Assembly (NCBI GenBank): GCA_964524895.1
Contig: CAZGFG010000002.1
Coordinates: 41,284-105,283, forward strand
Reading direction: 5' to 3'
Length of the DNA: 64,000 nucleotides
From: an uncultured Gammaproteobacteria bacterium
Lineage (GTDB): Bacteria; Patescibacteriota; Microgenomatia; Daviesbacterales; UBA10151
The translations under genes and the position numbers were made by a program. Every line of letters starts with the position of its first letter. Positions within the stretch are counted from its first letter, which is position 1. The notes under the pieces were generated by a model that did not search any database, was not told where the DNA came from, and saw nothing but the letters and a program-made list of their open reading frames with translations. This document shows, piece by piece, positions 37,861-48,502 of this stretch.

Positions 37861-39339
37861 ATGGATTTTGAAAAAGAAGCAGTAATTAATTATGAATTAG
37901 TCAAAAAAAGAGCGATCAAGGGAGTAGCTTTTCTTACAGGCAGAACTTTTTTTCTCCAGGTTATTACCCAGGTTGCTATCTTTTTGCTGACTGTTCTTTT
38001 GAGTCCAAGCGAATTCGGAGTATTTTTTTTGGTGTCTATAGTAGTTAATTTTTTTGCATACTTTTCTGACATTGGCCTAGCAGCAGCTTTGATACAGAGT
38101 AAGGAAAGAGTTGAGCAAAGAGATTTAAAAACTGTCTTTACGGTACAGCAGGTATTAGTTCTGTTAGTTATCTTAGCAATTTTTTTGCTCACGCCTTTAT
38201 TCAAAAATTGGTACCATCTATCCGCTGATGGAGTATATCTTATCTGGGCTTTAGCGTTCTCCTTATTTTTATCATCTTTAAAAACTATCCCATCCGTCTT
38301 GCTGGAAAGACAACTGGAATTTAGTAAGCTGATCTTGCCGCAAATAGTTGAAACAATTGCGTTTTACTTAACAGCAGTACTTCTAGCTTATCAAGGTTTC
38401 GGTGTCACAAGTTTTACTTTTGCTGTCTTAGTTAGAGGGATGACAGGGCTTGTTTCGATGTATATGATTCAGCCGTGGAAACCTGGGTTCTCTTTTTCTA
38501 AAAATTCATTAAAAAACCTTCTTAGCTTCGGAATTCCCTATCAGCTGAACACATTTATAGCTCTTGTAAAAGATGATGGACTGGTTATGGTCTTGGGTGG
38601 AATTTTAGGAACTTCAGGCATAGGATTTTTAGGATGGGCCCAAAAATGGGGATCGGCACCTCTAAGATTTTTTATGGATCAGATAATCAAAGTAACTTTT
38701 CCTGCTTTTTCCAGGCTTCAAAACGATAAAGATAAATTATCGATAGCTGTTTCTAAATCTCTCATGTCTATCAGTCTAATGGTATTTCCTTCGGTGATCG
38801 GTCTTGTTGTATTGGCACCCTCTTTAACTTTAGTAATACCAAAATATGAAAAATGGCAACCGGCGCTTATTGCACTTTCTCTATTTGGGTTTAATGCTAT
38901 TTGGGCAGCAATCACGACCCCCTTAACAAATACCTTAAATGCTATCGGAAAAATAAAGGTAACCTTTAGATTGATGATAATGTGGGCTGCGTTATCCTGG
39001 ATTCTTATTCCGGCTCTTACAGTTTATTATGGTGTTAATGGGGCAGCATTAGGCTATGCCTTAGTTAGTATCAGCTCAATAGTAGCAATAGTAGTGGTAA
39101 CCAGATTTGTAAAAATAGATTTTACCAAAGCCGTTATAAAACCGCTTATAGCTTCTTGTATTATGGGTATATTAATATTCTATCTCTCTACTGTTTTACC
39201 ACCATCAGTATTAACTGTTGCTATACTAGTAATGTCTGGTGTAGCTGTTTATGCAGTCTTTATCCTTCTTTTATTGAGAGAAGAAATTAAACTGGGTATA
39301 AAGTTATTGTTTAGTACCCTTAAACAAGATGCTAGTTAA
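37861..39339 (+). CDS. wzx: Wzx/PST-family oligosaccharide flippase
   Basis: LL.PSEFG.F, FSDIGLAAALIQ, P..LLER.L.F, LA..GFGV.S, VTFPAFSRLQ; ~12-14 TM helices. Confidence 0.88.
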   Translation: MDFEKEAVINYELVKKRAIKGVAFLTGRTFFLQVITQVAIFLLTVLLSPSEFGVFFLVSIVVNFFAYFSDIGLAAALIQSKERVEQRDLKTVFTVQQVLVLLVILAIFLLTPLFKNWYHLSADGVYLIWALAFSLFLSSLKTIPSVLLERQLEFSKLILPQIVETIAFYLTAVLLAYQGFGVTSFTFAVLVRGMTGLVSMYMIQPWKPGFSFSKNSLKNLLSFGIPYQLNTFIALVKDDGLVMVLGGILGTSGIGFLGWAQKWGSAPLRFFMDQIIKVTFPAFSRLQNDKDKLSIAVSKSLMSISLMVFPSVIGLVVLAPSLTLVIPKYEKWQPALIALSLFGFNAIWAAITTPLTNTLNAIGKIKVTFRLMIMWAALSWILIPALTVYYGVNGAALGYALVSISSIVAIVVVTRFVKIDFTKAVIKPLIASCIMGILIFYLSTVLPPSVLTVAILVMSGVAVYAVFILLLLREEIKLGIKLLFSTLKQDAS

Positions 39340-42300
39340 GATATTTATAAGTTTAATCTTTTTCCTACTTTTTATTATTAATACACCGTTAACTTTGGCT
39401 GCCGAAAATTCCTTTGTAAATGTAGTTAACCCGATAAGAGGTTCTGACTTTTGGGAAGACAAGACTCAACAGCCGGTTGATGTTGTCAAAAACGAAATAG
39501 AGGTTTTGCAAAAAAATGAGGTGGTAGCTACCTGGTTAATTAGATTTGATGCACTCGGTGATGCAAAAATTTTAGCTGCGGTTAATTCCAGAACCAGTGA
39601 TGAGAAGGGCCTATTTTTGGAAATTACCAACAGCCTGACTAAAGCTGCTGGAGTAGAGTACCAAAAAAGCGAGAGTTGGCATTTTGCCGGCAGCGCGTTA
39701 CTAACCGGTTATACTCAAGAAGATAGGATTAAAATTATTGATGCGGCTTTCAATAGATTTAAGGAAAGCTTTGGTTATTTCCCCAAATCAGTGGGAGCTT
39801 GGTGGGTAGACAGTTACTCCTTAAGCTATATGCAAAAGAGATATGGAATAACTGCAGCTCTAATTGTAGCGGATCAGTATTCCACAGATGGTTATCAGGT
39901 CTGGGGACAATATTGGTCGACTCCTTACTATCCTTCCCTAAGAAATGCACTGTATCCTGCTCAAACTTTAGAAAATAAAATCCCCGTAGTCATTACCCAA
40001 TGGGCGGCGAGGGATCCTGTTAACGGGTACGGTAAGGGGGTAGAGGAAAGTACCTTTAGCGTCCAGCCTAATGACTATCTTGATTACCATAATTTAAGTG
40101 TCGTCTACTTTTCCTCACTGGTAGATATTTATACGAACCCGGTTTTCGGTCAATTCGGACAGTTAGTAGTAGGATTGGAAAATTCTTATTCGTGGAACAA
40201 ATACGGTCAGGAATTTGAAAGAGAAATAGAGCTACTGGTTAAAAAGCAAAATTCCGGCCAATTTAAATTGGTGACTATGTCCCAATTTGCTAGCTGGTAT
40301 AAAGAAAATTTTCCCACCGTTTCTTCGGAGCATATTATTTTTGCAGAAGACCCTTTAGGAAGCGGGAAAAAAGCAATTTGGTTTATGAATCCTTATTACC
40401 GTGTTGGTTGGTTTTATGAAAATCCCGGCAGCGTTATCAGGGATATAAGGCAATATGTAGAAGGGGAAGAAGAGATTTGTTATCGGAAAGCTTGTAAAGA
40501 GTTAAATTTTGCAACACTGGCAACCAGGGTATTGGATGATGTTACAAACGGGGACAAATGGGTGATAGATATCGGGAAAATTGAGGACTTTAAGCTAGAA
40601 AAAGATAAAGATAATTATGTAATCAGTTATACCAATGAAGCAGGTAAAAGTAGAACTATACAATTTCTACCACGGGATATTGAGGTAGACAATGTAATAT
40701 CTACCATAGATGGTGCAATCCTCAAAGCTGTAGAAAATCAATCCCCCGCTCTAAAAACCGGTACTGATAAAGTTGGTATTGGATTTTCCAAAATATTTTC
40801 CTTCAATCTAATAATTTCTTTAGTTCTTTTTATGGCTTTTGTCATAGTTGTTTTGTTCATACCGGGATTTACCTTAATACAGGGAGCAGTAACTGAAACC
40901 CCCTTTGCTTTTAGAACCTTCATATCCCTAATTGTGGGTTTGGTGATTTTTACTCTCATATCATATCTTGCCGGTCTAGTTAAATTTCCTTTTATCATTT
41001 TTGTATATATCATCGGAATGGCTTTATGGTTTTTGAAAAGCCAATCCCTAAATGAAATAAAAAAGATGAAACTATTTAGTAAAGACAAATTGTCGTTACT
41101 GGCTGCAGGTGTAACAGTCATTGGTTCGTTATTCCAATGGCTGTCGGTGACAAAAAGCGGGATAGTCACTAATGCGGGAATCGGTTTTTGGGGGCCCAAT
41201 ACTCATGATGGAGTTTGGCATATCGCGCTAATAAATCAATTACTACAAAAAGTCCCACCTCAAAATCCAATTTATGCGGGAGAATCCTTAAGTAATTATC
41301 ATTATTTTTACGATCTGCTGGTAGCTTCCAGTGCGTATATAATCAGAGTCGATGTAGTGGATTTAATTTTCCGATTTTACCCTTTGTTTTTCTCTTTATT
41401 ATTAGGAGCGGGGACATATTATTTGGTTGTTAGATTGTACAGCAATAAATTGGGAGAAAATCGGCTTAAGCTTTCTGCTATTTTTACCTTGATATTTGTT
41501 TATTTTGCCGGTAGTTTCGGTTGGATTGTAGAATATTTAAAGTATCGGCATATCGGAGGAGAATCTGCTTTTTGGGCTAACCAGTCAATCTCCTTTAATT
41601 TAAATCCGCCCTTTGCCATATCTTTAATAATTCTAATTGCTTTCGTACACTTACTTACTATTTTGGATAAAAACGGTGGGAAAAATATAAAAACTATATT
41701 TTTAATCATTCTATTAGGGGGTAGCCTAATTGGGTTTAAGGCTTACGGGGCAATTTTAGTGTTATTGGCTTTTTTAATTATAGCCTTGATAAAGATGTTG
41801 AAAATGGATTTTCGTTACCTTCTTATTTTGATTGGCATCACCATTTTTAATGGAATAATATTGTTAATAAATTTTGGTAACCAGAGTATAGGGATGGCTA
41901 ACTCTGTCTTTATGTGGTCTCCCTTTTGGTTCATACATACAATGATAGACTCGCCGGACAGAGTGGGTTGGGAAAGGTTATCTCTTGCCAGGGTCTCATC
42001 TTTAGAAACTAAGAACTGGGGGAAGTTAGTTTTGGCTGAAGGATTAGGGCTGTTGATTTTTACTGCCGGTAACTTAGGAATGAGAGTGATAGGCATACCT
42101 GCTTTCCTGAAATCTATCCGCTCTCTGTTAAAAGAGACGGGTATGCAATTTATTATTCTGGTGATTCTGGCAGCTTTTTTGATACCGGTTTTGTTAATCC
42201 AATCCGGAAATCCTTGGAATGTAATCCAATTTATGTATTATGGGTTATATTTTATTTCAATTTTTGCCGGTATTACTTTAGCCGGATTGTATTTTAGATT

Positions 42301-42835
42301 ACCTAAAATATTTGGAATTATGTCAGTACTGGCGGTCATAGCTTTGATACCTATCAATTCCTTTGCGACTGCCAGTGGTTATCTGACACCTGTACCGCAT
42401 GCACTAATTAACAATTCCGAAGTACAAGCCCTGCAGTTTTTGTCCGATCAGACTGATGGTGTGGTATTGGTTCATCCCTATGATAAATCCTTAAGGGGTA
42501 GATTCCCGGAACCCTTACCTCTTTTTGCATACGATTCTACCGCTTATGTGTCTGCCTACTCAAAACATGCAACATTTTTGGAGGATGAGCCTCAAAATAC
42601 CATACTCCTTACCGATTATCGCAAAAGATTGGTAGCATCAAAGGATTTTTTCAGGAATTTGAACCTTGGGGCAGAATTTCCACAGGGTTATGAGGATGCG
42701 AAAGATTTTCTTTCCAAAAATAATATAAAATATATTTACCTGGTTAAATCATTTAATACAAAAGTTGAGGAGGGGAAACTAAACCTCAAGAAAATTTTTG
42801 ATAATGATACGGTTTCAATTTACAAAGTGGAATAA
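39329..42835 (+). CDS. 1168-aa fusion: exported glycoside hydrolase/deacetylase-like domain plus polytopic GT-C-like domain
   Basis: Signal peptide; soluble ~470 aa (ATWL, E.GLFLE, GY....R...ID..F..F...FGYFPKSVGAWW.D); then multi-TM with HDGVWH.ALI, PPQNP.YAG..L.NYHYFYD, FKAYG, and a C-terminal IKYIY domain. Confidence 0.7.
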   Translation: MLVKIFISLIFFLLFIINTPLTLAAENSFVNVVNPIRGSDFWEDKTQQPVDVVKNEIEVLQKNEVVATWLIRFDALGDAKILAAVNSRTSDEKGLFLEITNSLTKAAGVEYQKSESWHFAGSALLTGYTQEDRIKIIDAAFNRFKESFGYFPKSVGAWWVDSYSLSYMQKRYGITAALIVADQYSTDGYQVWGQYWSTPYYPSLRNALYPAQTLENKIPVVITQWAARDPVNGYGKGVEESTFSVQPNDYLDYHNLSVVYFSSLVDIYTNPVFGQFGQLVVGLENSYSWNKYGQEFEREIELLVKKQNSGQFKLVTMSQFASWYKENFPTVSSEHIIFAEDPLGSGKKAIWFMNPYYRVGWFYENPGSVIRDIRQYVEGEEEICYRKACKELNFATLATRVLDDVTNGDKWVIDIGKIEDFKLEKDKDNYVISYTNEAGKSRTIQFLPRDIEVDNVISTIDGAILKAVENQSPALKTGTDKVGIGFSKIFSFNLIISLVLFMAFVIVVLFIPGFTLIQGAVTETPFAFRTFISLIVGLVIFTLISYLAGLVKFPFIIFVYIIGMALWFLKSQSLNEIKKMKLFSKDKLSLLAAGVTVIGSLFQWLSVTKSGIVTNAGIGFWGPNTHDGVWHIALINQLLQKVPPQNPIYAGESLSNYHYFYDLLVASSAYIIRVDVVDLIFRFYPLFFSLLLGAGTYYLVVRLYSNKLGENRLKLSAIFTLIFVYFAGSFGWIVEYLKYRHIGGESAFWANQSISFNLNPPFAISLIILIAFVHLLTILDKNGGKNIKTIFLIILLGGSLIGFKAYGAILVLLAFLIIALIKMLKMDFRYLLILIGITIFNGIILLINFGNQSIGMANSVFMWSPFWFIHTMIDSPDRVGWERLSLARVSSLETKNWGKLVLAEGLGLLIFTAGNLGMRVIGIPAFLKSIRSLLKETGMQFIILVILAAFLIPVLLIQSGNPWNVIQFMYYGLYFISIFAGITLAGLYFRLPKIFGIMSVLAVIALIPINSFATASGYLTPVPHALINNSEVQALQFLSDQTDGVVLVHPYDKSLRGRFPEPLPLFAYDSTAYVSAYSKHATFLEDEPQNTILLTDYRKRLVASKDFFRNLNLGAEFPQGYEDAKDFLSKNNIKYIYLVKSFNTKVEEGKLNLKKIFDNDTVSIYKVE

Positions 42836-42845
42836 CAAGTAATAG

Positions 42846-44072
42846 ATGTCGCAATTTAAAGGCTTAAAACAATTACTACTGTTGGCTGTGCTAATAAGAT
42901 TACTTATCATGCCATTCTATTTTCAGCCGGATATTAAAACCTACCATTTCCAAGCTTATTTTTTAAGAGAAGGGGTTTTTGATATTTATAAATATCTGGA
43001 TACACACAAAAGTGAGCTTCCATTAAAAGAAGAGTTTGTTTACTTTCCTATAACCTATTTTTTCCTCGGAGGTTATCAGATCTTAGTCTCTCCACTGCTG
43101 GGGAGTAATTTTTATAACTGGGTTTCCGATGCTTCTTCACAAACTTTTTCCGAAGCTATTGGTATCTATAGATACCTTTTCCTGCTTAAATTGCCATACC
43201 TTATTTTAGATGTCGGTTTGGCATTTTTGCTTACCTCCTTTTTCAAAGAACCCGCTTTAAAGAAAAAAGCGTTTATTTTATGGCTTTTTAATCCTTTTAC
43301 TATTGTTTTAATTTATATTTTTAGTAACGTAGATATTATTCCGGTCACCCTTACGGCGTTAAGCTTATTGTTGATGAAACAAAAAAAACTTATTTTATCC
43401 GGAGTAGTTTTAGGGATTGCCGCAGGTTTTAAAGCATATCCGCTTCTCTTTTTGCCGTTTATTTTGCTTTATGGTAATAATATGCGACAAAAAGTGATGA
43501 CGGTTGGAGTAACTCTTTTGACAGTTACACTTGTCGTGCTTCCTTTTTTGTCTCCAAGTTTCCAAAAAGCAACGTTGGTTTCCGGACTTACTACGAGGAT
43601 TGTTTTCCCCGGACTTAGCATCGGTTTTGGAGAAACTTTAATGGCCGGAATTATTTCTATGTCAGCATTATTTTTCTTCAGTCAATTAAATAAGCAAAAG
43701 AGTTATGCCGATCTCTGGAAGCTTTATCTTGCCGCCTTACTTCTGCTTTTTTCTTTTATTCATTTCCATATACAGTGGCTTCTTTGGGTTGCTCCGTTTT
43801 TTGCAATTTTATTGACAGAAGATAAGAACTATAGATTTAGCGGCCTTATCTTAATTCTTCTGGCCTTTTCTATCCCGATGCTCTATGAGGATAAATCCAT
43901 GTCTGTAGCACTTTTGGGTGTGTACAGTTATTTGTATAATTTATTGCCGATCCCGTTCGCCTTTGTCCAAAAAATATATGATCCATACATTATCCAAAGT
44001 GTGTTGCATAGTATTTTTGCTGGCGGAAGTCTAGTGTTAACTTGGCGGATTTTTAAGGAGGAACGGGTGTGA
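42846..44072 (+). CDS. GT87/PIG-M-like GT-C membrane glycosyltransferase
   Basis: IRL..F.QPDI, Y.P, LLKLPYL..D, WLFNP, D.IP, G....FKAYP, HFH.QWL.W. Confidence 0.75.
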   Translation: MSQFKGLKQLLLLAVLIRLLIMPFYFQPDIKTYHFQAYFLREGVFDIYKYLDTHKSELPLKEEFVYFPITYFFLGGYQILVSPLLGSNFYNWVSDASSQTFSEAIGIYRYLFLLKLPYLILDVGLAFLLTSFFKEPALKKKAFILWLFNPFTIVLIYIFSNVDIIPVTLTALSLLLMKQKKLILSGVVLGIAAGFKAYPLLFLPFILLYGNNMRQKVMTVGVTLLTVTLVVLPFLSPSFQKATLVSGLTTRIVFPGLSIGFGETLMAGIISMSALFFFSQLNKQKSYADLWKLYLAALLLLFSFIHFHIQWLLWVAPFFAILLTEDKNYRFSGLILILLAFSIPMLYEDKSMSVALLGVYSYLYNLLPIPFAFVQKIYDPYIIQSVLHSIFAGGSLVLTWRIFKEERV

Positions 44073-44731
44073 AACTGGTATTCTTTACTGTGGGATTTGT
44101 AATGTTTCTGGTATTTATACTGCCGGCTCTGCTTGCTCTGGGTATAAGATATATTCCTTATGACATTCAGCCAAGGCTTGATAATTATGAAAAAGTATAT
44201 AGGCATCAATCAATATCACAAAATCTAACTGGCCAGAAAGATAATCTGTCGGGTTTTGCGCTAAGCTTAAAAAATCCTCTGCTTAGAAATAAGAAAAATA
44301 TCAATTTGACTTTAATTGACGAGAACAAAACGGTAGTCAGAAGAGCGTTGCTAAATGGTAGTAATATTCAAGACGGTGAGTATGTAAAATTTATCTTTAC
44401 CCCAATTTCAGATTCAAAGGGGAAGAATTACACTTTTATCTTGTCGGCACCTGATGTAGATGACAATGAGGCTCTGGCAGCTTTTTATACTTTCAATAAA
44501 CCGGACTGGGCAGGCGAATTAAGGATCGAAGACAGGTTGGAACCAAACGGATCAGTCTCCTTTGTTGGTTTATATAAACCCGATACAATTTTTACCACTT
44601 CTATCGATATTTACTCGGAGTGGTTAAGACGTTTTATAAGTGATGCTCTATTCTTCCTGTTTTTTGTATGTCTGATATTAGGAGTCGCGGGTTATACAAT
44701 ATATATCAGCATTAAAGAAACTAAGGGATAA
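44069..44731 (+). CDS. hypothetical membrane protein (TM, beta-rich domain, TM)
   Basis: ISQ.L....DNLSG....., F.F.PI.DSKGK.Y.F.L; GTGA overlap with the upstream gene. Confidence 0.7.
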   Translation: MKLVFFTVGFVMFLVFILPALLALGIRYIPYDIQPRLDNYEKVYRHQSISQNLTGQKDNLSGFALSLKNPLLRNKKNINLTLIDENKTVVRRALLNGSNIQDGEYVKFIFTPISDSKGKNYTFILSAPDVDDNEALAAFYTFNKPDWAGELRIEDRLEPNGSVSFVGLYKPDTIFTTSIDIYSEWLRRFISDALFFLFFVCLILGVAGYTIYISIKETKG

Positions 44732-46688
44732 CTTTCCAAACTTGGGCACCACTGTTTTGATAAACTAACTCAAAGTTACCCTCTGCAGAAAACTTAGGTG
44801 CAAAGTATTCTGGAAAATAAAGATAATCAATATTTTTCTCCCTTAGTTTTTCTCCCGCTTCAGACGAAGAAGTTCCTTCAAAAATTTCTTGCTCAAATGC
44901 CAGCCTATCTTGGTAATTATATCCCATGATATCTACTTGTTCGTAATCTGCAAAATAGCTTCTTCGCTCTGAAAGAGCGGATACATAGGCAGTATCAAAC
45001 CAATCCCAAATGTTTGGAGTGATGTCTTTTAAGTCGGTGTATCTATTGTAAGGAGGGGATATAACGACGCTGTCCTTGGCGGTGCTGTTTTTAAGAAAAC
45101 TTAATGCAGCAACCTCCTCTTTGGTAATCTTTGTGAAAGCGGGACGCGAATAAAATTCATAAAGTAAACCTATTTGGGTAGGAACAGCCAAAAGCAGGAT
45201 TGTAAGCGATATAATTATTTTTAGTGTGTTACTTTTTAGTAATGTCATAAATTGTGCAATAGTTACACCGGTTAAGATCCCAAAAATAAGGATGAAGTAT
45301 TGGAAGAATTGACTCGTATTTCCGGCCACACCCTTTTGTAGGAAAAGTAGTGGAAAGACAAGAGATATTAAAGTGACTGTGACTACGGCTAAATAGAAAT
45401 AATTTCTAAAAGAAAATACAGTTAGTTTGAGAAATGAAACCAAACCAATAAATCTTATGCCTAAATTGCCGAAGAAGAATATTAAAAATGCAGTTACTTC
45501 AAGTTGAATAACCCTCTTTATATTATTCTCCGCGATATAGGTTTGTCTCCTAAGTTCTAAATCAATCCAATCTAAGCGGGAAGAATCAACCACCATGGTT
45601 CTGATATACCACCAAGGCTGTAAGATTAAAAATGACCCCGCTGTGGAGCTGTTAGGAAAATATAAGATGGCAGCTAGAGTGCTGCTAGAAAGAAACAACA
45701 GAAGAATATATAGTCGCCTCTCCTTTAAGAATTCCCATACCCCAACAATTGCTAAACTGCCCAATATTGCCACTGCCGCATAGACTTTAAATAAAACCAT
45801 AGTCCCGGCAAGCAACAGACAAATAATAAAAAGCCTCCAGCTTTTTTTATGTATATAGATAAAGAAAAGGAACAGAAAAGTAAGTACTAAAAAATCTGAA
45901 ATAACTTGAGGTGGATTACCGGTAGCACTTTGTATTTGTGTCCCCCAAAAAATGCTCTCGCCGCCAATGGATTTATTTCTTAACCAAGTAACTATATAGC
46001 CAAAACTACCGGCAAAATATGTAATTATTACCGACCAAATTCCTGCCAGGTTAGAATTACCGATCTTTCTTCCTATAATAAAAGCACTTGCTCCCAGGAG
46101 TAAGGAAAATAAAAAAGGAAAAAATCGAAAATATAAATCTAAAGCCGAAATTTTAAAGAAATAGTTGAAATCGGAAAGTGTAATATCGGAAAAGAAATGG
46201 TAATTAACTAACTTTTCACCGGCAAAAACCGGATTTTGGAAAGGGTAACCCTTTTGTAATTCGTGGGCTAAAGCGATATGCCAGGAGCCGTCGTGACCAT
46301 TGGCACTCCAAAACAATAAGTCCCCATCAATATTTAAACCGCTGGGAGCAATTATTGCAAGTTGCCCGACGATACCAATTATAAAAATAATTAAAAGAAT
46401 AGCAGAGCTCGCACTTAAATTATACGAAAGTTTAGGTCTGGAGAAAGATCTAAAAAAATATATATCTATAAGCAAAATAATTGGTAATAGAAGAGGATGA
46501 ACTCTTAAGATATATAAAATATAAGAAAGCAGGGTAAATATAACAAAACCTACTACGGTGCCCAGAATGATTCTTTCGTATTGGGAGGCTCCCTCTTTTA
46601 GGTTATTAAGAATTACAAGACCGGGGAGTGTAAAACAAAAAAATGAGGCTAGCAGGAATATTAAAAAACCCAGTATGAGAATAAGCAT
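44721..46688 (-). CDS. polytopic GT-C-like membrane protein, paralogue of the C-terminal part of 39329..42835
   Basis: HDGSWHIAL, PFQNPVFAGEKLVNYHFFSD, FRFFP, FAGSFGYIV, GGES.FW, NPP, FKVY, IDYLY. Confidence 0.78.
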   Translation of the reverse strand: MLILILGFLIFLLASFFCFTLPGLVILNNLKEGASQYERIILGTVVGFVIFTLLSYILYILRVHPLLLPIILLIDIYFFRSFSRPKLSYNLSASSAILLIIFIIGIVGQLAIIAPSGLNIDGDLLFWSANGHDGSWHIALAHELQKGYPFQNPVFAGEKLVNYHFFSDITLSDFNYFFKISALDLYFRFFPFLFSLLLGASAFIIGRKIGNSNLAGIWSVIITYFAGSFGYIVTWLRNKSIGGESIFWGTQIQSATGNPPQVISDFLVLTFLFLFFIYIHKKSWRLFIICLLLAGTMVLFKVYAAVAILGSLAIVGVWEFLKERRLYILLLFLSSSTLAAILYFPNSSTAGSFLILQPWWYIRTMVVDSSRLDWIDLELRRQTYIAENNIKRVIQLEVTAFLIFFFGNLGIRFIGLVSFLKLTVFSFRNYFYLAVVTVTLISLVFPLLFLQKGVAGNTSQFFQYFILIFGILTGVTIAQFMTLLKSNTLKIIISLTILLLAVPTQIGLLYEFYSRPAFTKITKEEVAALSFLKNSTAKDSVVISPPYNRYTDLKDITPNIWDWFDTAYVSALSERRSYFADYEQVDIMGYNYQDRLAFEQEIFEGTSSSEAGEKLREKNIDYLYFPEYFAPKFSAEGNFELVYQNSGAQVWKVIP

Positions 46689-46814
46689 TTTTTATATAGC
46701 TAATAATATTGTATTCCAAAGAAAGTTTGGCAACAATGGATAGAGGCCTGTTTTATCTCAAAGGTAAATTATATATACTTAGTATGAGGCATATAAACGG
46801 CGGTTGTTAGGAAG

Positions 46815-48452
46815 ATGAAAAAGATAGAAAATTTTTTGGCCAACAATATTGTAATAATACTGATACTCTCACTTGGGTTTTTCCTTAGATCAGTAGATAT
46901 AGCCAATAACCCTCCTTCTCTTTACGGTGATGAGTTAACCTTGGTATATGATAGCTATTCCATTCTTAAGACCGGGCATGATCAGCTGGGTAACTTTTTA
47001 CCGCTAACATTTCCCATGGGGGCCGGGCGCCCGGGTGGGTATATATATTTTTCGCTACCCTTTGTGGCACTGTTTGGGCCCTCTGCTTTGGGGGTAAGAT
47101 CGCTTTCGATTTTATCCGGTTTTCTTGTCATTTTACTGATTTTCCTGATTGGCAAAAAAATGTTTTCCAAGTCTGTAGGTTTGGCTGCTGCATTTTTGGC
47201 TGCCGTTTCTCCTTGGGATGTTGCACTAAGCCGGGGTGGTTTCGAGGCTCATTTTGCTTTAGCATTGGCATTGGGAGGGGTATATTGTTTCTTACTTGCC
47301 CGGACTAAACCGATTTTCTATATCTTATCTGCAATATTTTTTGGGCTGACTTTACACACCTACCCTACCTATAAACTCGTTTTATTGCTCTTTATTCCTG
47401 TGCTAATTATGTTGGAAAGGGCTTGGGGCTATTGGCTAAACAAACAACACAGGGGTTATTTACTTGTTTCTATTATAGCTTTTGTTATATTCATAGGGGT
47501 CTCTGCAGGTCAGACTTTTACCGGTGGTTCGGAAGCTAGATTCGCGAGTATAAACGTTTTTTCGCAACAGGAAATTGCCCAAAATATCGAGCAGAAAATA
47601 AATTATGAGCGTACTATAACCAAATTGCCGACCTTTTTTATTCAAGCCTTCCATAATAAATACGTTGAATATTCAAAAGTTCTTATAGAGAATTACTTTA
47701 AGAATCTTTCCCTCGATTTTCTGGTTATCCATGGAGACAGAAACCCTCGTCATAATATGGCAACAATGGGCGAAATTTATCTAGTTGAGTTAGTGCTAAT
47801 CTTTTATGGGATTGTAAGTTTATGGATTGGTAAGAAAAGAGAGCTTACCTTCCTGCTGGGCTGGGCGGCCTTGGCTCCTTTAGGATCAGCTTTGTTAGCA
47901 GACCCTCACGCATTAAGAAGTGCTTTTATGTTGCCGGCTATTTTATTGATTGGAGGTTATGGATTGGTTGGGATATTGGAAAAACGGTTGTATTTTGTAA
48001 CTGCAGCAGTAGTTATAGGGTTTGTTATTCAGTTTTCATTCTTTGCTCAAAAAATATATTTCCTTGCTCCATATGAATACAGCCATTTTTGGTCTTATAA
48101 TGCCAAAGCTGCCTCTATTTTGGCTGCGCAAAATAAGGATAAGTATGACTATATCTTCTTATCGGACAAAATAGACAATATTGAATATGCATATCCGGTG
48201 TATACTTCGGCATCTCCCCAGGTAATTATTTCACAAAACACAGAAAGAACAGAACTGGCAGGGCTAAAATTTAAGCAAATAAGCAATGTTTATATCGGAC
48301 ATATCCCCACTTCAGAAGTTAATAAGGTTCTTAACCTGTTGCAAGGAAACGCTTTATATATAGGAGATTCAACGGAGAAGAAAGAATTATTTAATTATCA
48401 GACTGTCAAAAATGAGCCTTATAACTTTGAGCTCGTAATTATAGAGAATTAG
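46815..48452 (+). CDS. GT39/83-like GT-C membrane glycosyltransferase
   Basis: LR...PPSLYGDE...YDSYSILKTG.D..G.FLP, SPW...SR..FE, GD.NPRH, PHALR. Confidence 0.85.
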   Translation: MKKIENFLANNIVIILILSLGFFLRSVDIANNPPSLYGDELTLVYDSYSILKTGHDQLGNFLPLTFPMGAGRPGGYIYFSLPFVALFGPSALGVRSLSILSGFLVILLIFLIGKKMFSKSVGLAAAFLAAVSPWDVALSRGGFEAHFALALALGGVYCFLLARTKPIFYILSAIFFGLTLHTYPTYKLVLLLFIPVLIMLERAWGYWLNKQHRGYLLVSIIAFVIFIGVSAGQTFTGGSEARFASINVFSQQEIAQNIEQKINYERTITKLPTFFIQAFHNKYVEYSKVLIENYFKNLSLDFLVIHGDRNPRHNMATMGEIYLVELVLIFYGIVSLWIGKKRELTFLLGWAALAPLGSALLADPHALRSAFMLPAILLIGGYGLVGILEKRLYFVTAAVVIGFVIQFSFFAQKIYFLAPYEYSHFWSYNAKAASILAAQNKDKYDYIFLSDKIDNIEYAYPVYTSASPQVIISQNTERTELAGLKFKQISNVYIGHIPTSEVNKVLNLLQGNALYIGDSTEKKELFNYQTVKNEPYNFELVIIEN

Positions 48453-48502
48453 ATAAATGGTGTAGCTTGATAGTGGTATAAGGGTAGTATTAAGATTTAA
48501 GA

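Noticed and set aside
46707-46739. Imperfect inverted repeat ATTGTATTCCAAA...TTTGGCAACAAT between divergent GT-C genes
   Set aside because: Its spacing differs from the CCA-N5-TGG unit near 9.4 kb and pairing is weak; it cannot be called an operator or terminator.
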